A stretch of DNA of 62,738 nt, counting the filler, from Nemertoderma westbladi (Eukaryota > Animalia > Xenacoelomorpha), in the NCBI GenBank assembly GCA_032718475.1. It is 3 parts of 3 records of this genome, joined end to end, with 100 filler letters (N's around TTAATTAATTAA, not from the genome) between each part and the next. Parts side by side here need not be neighbours in the genome. Positions count along the whole stretch, not along the records: positions 31,767 to 58,627 come from JAUCBJ010002713.1; positions 58,728 to 62,738 come from JAUCBJ010001894.1; 1 more part is not named here. One strand, given 5' to 3'. Under the pieces are notes generated by a model that made no database searches, was not told where the DNA came from, and saw only the letters and a program-made list of their open reading frames with translations. The position numbers and the translations under genes were made by a program. Each line of letters begins with the position of its first letter. Position 1 is the first letter of the stretch. Shown in pieces: positions 56,653 to 62,738 of the stretch.

Positions 56653-58627
56653 TAAATCCATTAAAAACATCAAGACCTTTCATTATGCCCAATACATTTA
56701 CACCATTACGCCCAAAGTACACTAAGACAATAGACATGGTAGGCCTATTTGCGGTTAATTTGCGCTGGAGAGAATATTTTCACTGGCGGTAAATTTGAGG
56801 CACTATCTGAATGAATGCTATGCTGGTTCAGAAGGGAGTTCGTTTTCGAATGGATTAGAGTTGTTTTGCGATTGGTTTCGATTTCCCTTTCGTTTCGAAT
56901 GTATTCGAGTTTCGTTTCGAATTGATTCTTCGTACTATTCTAAGGTATTGAGCGGTTCTGACAATGTAAATAGCGTTACACAAGAAATAAACGTAATTTT
57001 ATGTAGCTTTTCTTATAAATTATTTCGATGTAGAATATATGCCTATAGATAGGTACTGTAGATAGATACTGTAAATAGGAATGTATAATGTAAATAGGAA
57101 TGTATACTGTAAATAGGAAATTGAAACACAGTGCAGTATATTATTGACCCTAACTCGAAGCAAACAATATCATCCGCGTCAATGTCACACCCGAACTGTC
57201 TGCTGCAAGTTACAACATGGAGGAAGTAGGTATATTTAATTCACTTTAGCCAAATTAATATACATTTAAATCTTTTAATTATCTTTTAAATTTATGTTAT
57301 AACCATAAAAAAAATAATCACGTAGATACGCAATAGATGATGATACACGAAATAATAATTGAAAAGCGCGAAATTAATAATATCATTAAATTAAGTCGAG
57401 TACTTCATAAATCTCAACTTCTTATCATTCAATGGGCATTGATAAATTTATTTAACTATGATAATAAGACTACATACAGTGCATAAAAACTATTCAGATT
57501 TAATTCAAATGTAAATACAATACAATACTGAATACAAAGAAATTTACCACTAAGTTCAGACGGGAATTATTACATAAAATGGAAATGTTTCAAATTCCTG
57601 TTCAATATTTATAAAAGTCACAATCAGCGTTGTATATAGAAAATCTCAAAGCATATAAAGGAGCACAATTAATAAACAATATAGCAGCTACATATCTACA
57701 TAATTAACTAGAGACGGGCCTAGCGAACCGTGAAGCAAGTCGTAGGAGACAGTACGAATCAAGTAAAATCTTTTTGTTCTGTCTGATAATAAATTAGCGT
57801 GGGGGTAGTCCCGGTGGTGTACGAGAAATTTTCTAGACAACTTCAAACTATAATTATTATGTTGTAATTATCTAATGAATTATATAAGCTGTTGTGATTA
57901 TAGAAGATAGAGAGCAGTTAGCGAAATGATTACTTTGTTCTATCGGATATAGTAGTCAGAGAGTTAGAGTAGTCGAGTCGTTGTTTAATAATAATAACAG
58001 CAGTTGCCATGAATTCAATACAATCGCGCACAAGAAGTGAGAAGACACATTTGTTCTTATTTTTGTAATAAATAAAACAAGTTGAGATGTTTCAATGTAA
58101 ACCGCGATTAATAATTTACAACATTTATATTATTATTATAACAGATTTTTATATTTCAAACTATAATGTTAGCCTTATGGAGGAGAATCATTATGAGGCT
58201 GAGTAAACATTCAGCCTTATAAGCATACACCCTCCACAGTATTAATGTTGGCACAAAGATTTCAAAATAAAACAATAATGCGATGAGAGCATAGTACAAT
58301 ACACTGTGTAGCCAACACACTGTTTAACTAACAGTTATTTAGCTTGCACGCCAATTAATTAACATAGCAAGGATGCATTGGGAAGAGTTATTCAGCTAAG
58401 ACTGTAATAGCCAGCCAGCTATACCAGTTAATGTTTTGTTTGATTACTGTCTGGGTTGTAGAATAGAGTGATAATAAAACTTGGCACACAAAGTACTTCT
58501 TTGTTAGTTGGCCTTCCTATTGAATGCATTACCAGGCCATCTCTATACATTTTTCATGAGTGCCAGCTGGTGTTTTATCATTGCGCCTATGGCAATTTTA
58601 GTGTTTTGGGGCTATTTTTCGAAATAA

Positions 58628-58727
58628 NNNNNNNNNNNNNNNNNNNNNNNNNNNNNNNNNNNNNNNNNNNNTTAATTAATTAANNNNNNNNNNNNNNNNN
58701 NNNNNNNNNNNNNNNNNNNNNNNNNNN
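58628..58727. other. Artificial contig-joining spacer
   Basis: N-run + TTAATTAATTAA + N-run, 100 bp in total. Confidence 0.97.
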
Positions 58728-59322
58728 ATTGGAAGGTATCACCCACGGCCTCACTTGGTTGTTGCAAGGGTGAGGCGATAGGTTCGTCAAGTTCGTTATC
58801 TAAGGAATCTTCAAAAAATGGGAGTTCAGATAGAATACAACTGTTACAAAAATAAATTGGGCTGTTACTGTTTCTGAGGGTGGAATATTTGTTTAAAGAC
58901 CTACGGTAGCACTTGGCATGGGAAAAGGTTACACATTTCTCGCACTCAACGATCTTGCTTCGCGAGTTTGCTCCGTGTTTACATATCGCACAGGTCTTCT
59001 TCATCGTCCTGCTAGGCCCTGGATTTACCTCGACATCTCCAGCAAGAATCAACGCGCAGAGTTGGGAAGTCCACCCACTAAATCTCACTGGACCAGCATT
59101 CCTCCTACTTCGAGCAAAGAGACTCACACCGTTCATTGTCCAGAGATCCGCCACAGTTGGTAGTCGCCAGCCACGATATTCTCCGTTGATTTGGAACACT
59201 GTGAAGACATCCAATACGGGAATTGGTTGAAGGCTCACCGGATCCTTTCTCACAGGAATTACATCTGCCGCCAGCAATCGACCAACCATAACGAGAACCG
59301 CCATTACCACGAGTAGTGCCAT
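58728..59322 (-). mobile_element. 5' end of a CR1/L2-type LINE ORF with a 2A-like motif and PHD finger, cut by contig end
   Basis: LILAGDVEVNPGP followed by CAIC...ECEKC...HAKC...YFCNSC (C4HC3) and ELPFF. Confidence 0.8.
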
Positions 59323-60052
59323 AATACAGTAATAATTGTCAATTAATAATAAATGAACCCGTGTATGTCTGTATGTCAGTGCTGGGTGTAGGTGGTAGCC
59401 AGGCCGCTAGCCAGGTAGCCAGGACATTATGAGTGATTTGAACGGACAAGAAAAATTATTGTCATAAATAAACCAGTGTCATTATTAACTACTTTCAATA
59501 TAGTGCGAATGTAACTATTATGTGGATAGTGTGAGACTGTTACTGTAACGCAAATCCCGCGACGTTGATTGGCCAGACGCCTAGTTCTAATTAGTTGTAG
59601 TTGTAGTTAGTTTGTATTTAGACAGTGCCAATAGTGGATTTGATCGACTGATATTATATTGATTAGAGATTTGAAGGGTTTTCTAAAATGACTTTACCTG
59701 TTGTGTGATTTGATTAAATTGCGGAAGATCCGAGAGTTGAACCAAATTCAACCAAGTAATATCCATAATCCACTTCTTTGGTCTAGCCTCGACAGCGTTG
59801 ATATCCAATGTAGCGCCACCTAGAGAATATATATGCATTATGTAATTAAATTATATATTATATATATATTATTATTATATTATATATATAAAAATTAAAT
59901 TATTACATAAATATGTATTATGTAACGCAGAAAAACCCGTATTATTACATAATTTATTGCATATAAAAATCCTCCAACTCTATACATTTCAAGTAAACAC
60001 AGAATGTGTGATATAAAACACGCCAACAACCCTCGAAATCACGGGGTGTGAA

Positions 60053-61635
60053 CTTAAACAACTCCAGTTGCGACACAGAACTCCAACCGACAAGTAAACA
60101 ACCAGTTGCGACACAGAACACCAACCGACAAGTAAACAACCAGTTGCGATACAGAACACCAACCGACAAGTAAACAACCAGTTGCGACACAGAACACCAA
60201 CCGACAAGTAAACAACCAGTTGCGACACAGAACACCAACCGACAAGTAAACAACCAGTTGCGACACAGAACACCAACCGACAAGTAAACAACCAGTTGCA
60301 ACACAGAACACCAACCAACAAGTAAACAACCAGTTGCAACACAGAACACCAACCGACAAGTAAACAACCAGTTGCGACACAGAACACCAACCGACAAGTA
60401 AACAACCAGTTGCGACACAGAACACCAACCGACAAGTAAACAACCAGTTGCGACACAGAACACCAACCGACAAGTAAACAACCAGTTGCGACACAGAACA
60501 CCAACCGACAGGTAAACAACCAGTTGCGGCACAGAACACCAACCGACAAGTAAACAACCAGTTGCGACACAGAACACCAACCGACAAGTAAACAACCAGT
60601 TGCGACACAGAACACCAACCGACAAGTAAACAACCAGTTGCGACACAGAACACCAACCGACAAGTAAACAACCAGTTGCGACACAGAACACCAACCGACA
60701 AGTAAACAACCAGTTGCGACACAGAACACGAACCGACAAGTAAACAACCAGTTGCGGCACAGAACACCAACCGACAAGTAAACAACCAGTTGCGACACAG
60801 AACTCCAACCGACAAGTAAACAACCAGTTGCGTCACAGAACACCAACCGACAAGTAAACAACCAGTTGCGACACAGAACACCAACCGACAAGTAAACAAC
60901 CAGTTGCAACACAGAACACCAACCGACAAGTAAACAACCAGTTGCAACACAGAACACCACCCGACAGGTAAACAAACAGTTGCGACACAGAACACAAACC
61001 GACAAGTAAACAACCAGTTGCGACACAGAACACCAACCGACAAGTAAACAACCAGTTGCGACACAGAACACCAACCGACAAGTAAACAACCAGTTGCGAC
61101 ACAGAACACCAACCGACAAGTAAACAACCAGTTGCAACACAGAACACCAACCGACAAGTAAACAACCAGTTGCGACACAGAACTCCAACCGACAAGTAAA
61201 CAACCAGTTGCGACACAGAACACCAACCGACAAGTAAACAACCAGTTGCGACACAGAACACCAACCGACAAGTAAACAACCAGTTGCGACACAGAACACC
61301 AACCGACAAGTAAACAACCAGTTGCGACACAGAACTCCAACCGACAAGTAAACAACCAGTTGCGACACAGAACACCAACCGACAAGTAAACAACCAGTTG
61401 CGACACAGAACTCCAAACGACAAGTAAACAACCAGTTGCGGCACAGAACACCAACTGACAAGTAAACAACCAGTTGCGACACAGAACACCAACCGACAAG
61501 TAAACAACCAGTTGCGGCACAGAACACCAACCGACAAGTAAACAACCAGTTGCGACACAGAACACCAACCGACAAGTAAACAACCAGTTGCGACACAGAA
61601 CACCAACCAACAAGTAAACAACCAGTTGCGACACA
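60053..61635. repeat. 38-bp satellite (ccagttgcgacacagaacaccaaccgacaagtaaacaa), about 41 copies
   Basis: Highly homogeneous tandem units. Confidence 0.97.
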
Positions 61636-62738
61636 AACAGGGTGACATGGTCACTCTGGTAATGGAATATAACATCGACATCATCTGCATCCAAGAACAT
61701 CGGATTTGTCATGAAGACACTGCCATGAAGTTCAATGACATTGGAAATGGATGGACGTAATGGATGGCAGTAAGAAACTCGGCCAATGCATCAATTGGTG
61801 GAGTAGGAATTCTACTAAGCCCATTTGCACTTAAGACCCTAAACAACATCGAATCTATAAATTCCAGGGTTATGATAGCAACATTTGAGGGGAATCCCAA
61901 GACAACAGTAATATGTTGCTACAGTTCAACCAATGCCTCAGAGCTAGAACAAGCAGTCAAGTTTTATGAAGATCTGACTTTACTTATAAAGGACATTCCG
62001 AAACACAATGTTAAAGTCATTGCTGGTGACCTGAATGCTCAAATTGGCCCAGAAGACATCAAGGGTTACACCTATAACACCAGTTCTAACAAAAAACTTT
62101 TAGACCTAATGGAAGAATGTGAATTGATACCAACAAACAACACATTCGAAAAGAGTAAGGGGAAGCAATGGACCTTTCAATACCCTAATGGAACCAAAGC
62201 ACAACTGGATTACATCCTTATAAACAAAAAGTGGAGAAACAGCATGATCAACTGCGAGGCATACAGCTCGTTCAACCTAATTGGTTCGGACCACAGAATT
62301 GTGACTGCAGAGATCAGACCCAGTTTGAGAGCCAGCACACCCAGGACAAGCAAGCAAATCAACTATGACTGGTAGTAAAGGATGCTTACACAGTAGAAGT
62401 TCAAAACCGCTTTGAAGCACTTCAGTCAATGGATGAAGACCAGTCCACCGATTCAATATACCAGAACATAATAAAAGCCCACAAGGAATCAGCTAAGAGG
62501 CATATCCCACAGAAACCCAAACGAAAACAGTATGTGCCATGGCAAAACTCTGAGGTTACTTGTAAGAGAGAAGATCTTAAGATAGCCTACAAAGTAAAAA
62601 CCGAACAACCAACAACCGAAAACATTAACAAGGTTGAGAAAGCTAAGTATGATCTTAAATTGGCCTACAACATCAGCCAGGAAAAGTACATAAAATTGAA
62701 GCAATTATAACTGCTCACATACAGCAACAATCAAGACT
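61636..62738 (+). mobile_element. Decayed RTE-type LINE, apurinic-endonuclease domain
   Basis: YNIDIICIQEHR, GGVGILLS, AGDLNAQIG, QLDYILIN and SDHRIV motifs; in-frame stop at about 61758 and a break after 62375. Confidence 0.88.

Noticed and set aside
59954-61712. CRISPR-like periodicity and long minus-strand ORFs
   Set aside because: Units are contiguous with no unique spacers, there are no cas genes, and the context is eukaryotic; this is a simple 38-bp satellite.

Overview
Repeat-rich eukaryotic DNA, not bacterial. It has spliceosomal introns and animal-type transposons; frequent taggccta/taccggta motifs weakly suggest an invertebrate such as an echinoderm (inference). Two artificial 100-bp N/TTAATTAATTAA spacers split it into three contigs: 1-31666, 31767-58627 and 58728-62738. 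Contig 1 holds a nearly complete but defective minus-strand BEL/Pao LTR retrotransposon. Its 5' LTR carries a nested 1.6-kb TIR element and abuts an 11-kb array of a 27-bp satellite, followed by MITE and piggyBac-like remnants. Contig 2 holds the most unusual item: an intronless 467-aa ORF (37723-39126) resembling the prokaryotic TcmP family (three-Cys-motif partner protein, SAM-dependent methyltransferase-like fold with a C-terminal winged helix). An in-frame KKSRKRKR NLS-like tail lies just past its stop codon, making it a candidate horizontally acquired, nuclear-targeted nucleic-acid modifier. Contig 2 also has an intact 3-exon GDP-L-fucose synthase gene (GFUS/TSTA3). That gene's stop-codon region is the unit of a 6-kb 20-bp satellite, and its intron 1 contains a minimal hammerhead-ribozyme motif and a perfect 31-bp hairpin. 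Contig 3 has a LINE ORF with a 2A-like DVEVNPGP motif and PHD finger, a 38-bp satellite, and a decayed RTE-type endonuclease. All family assignments come from motif recognition by eye; no searches were run.
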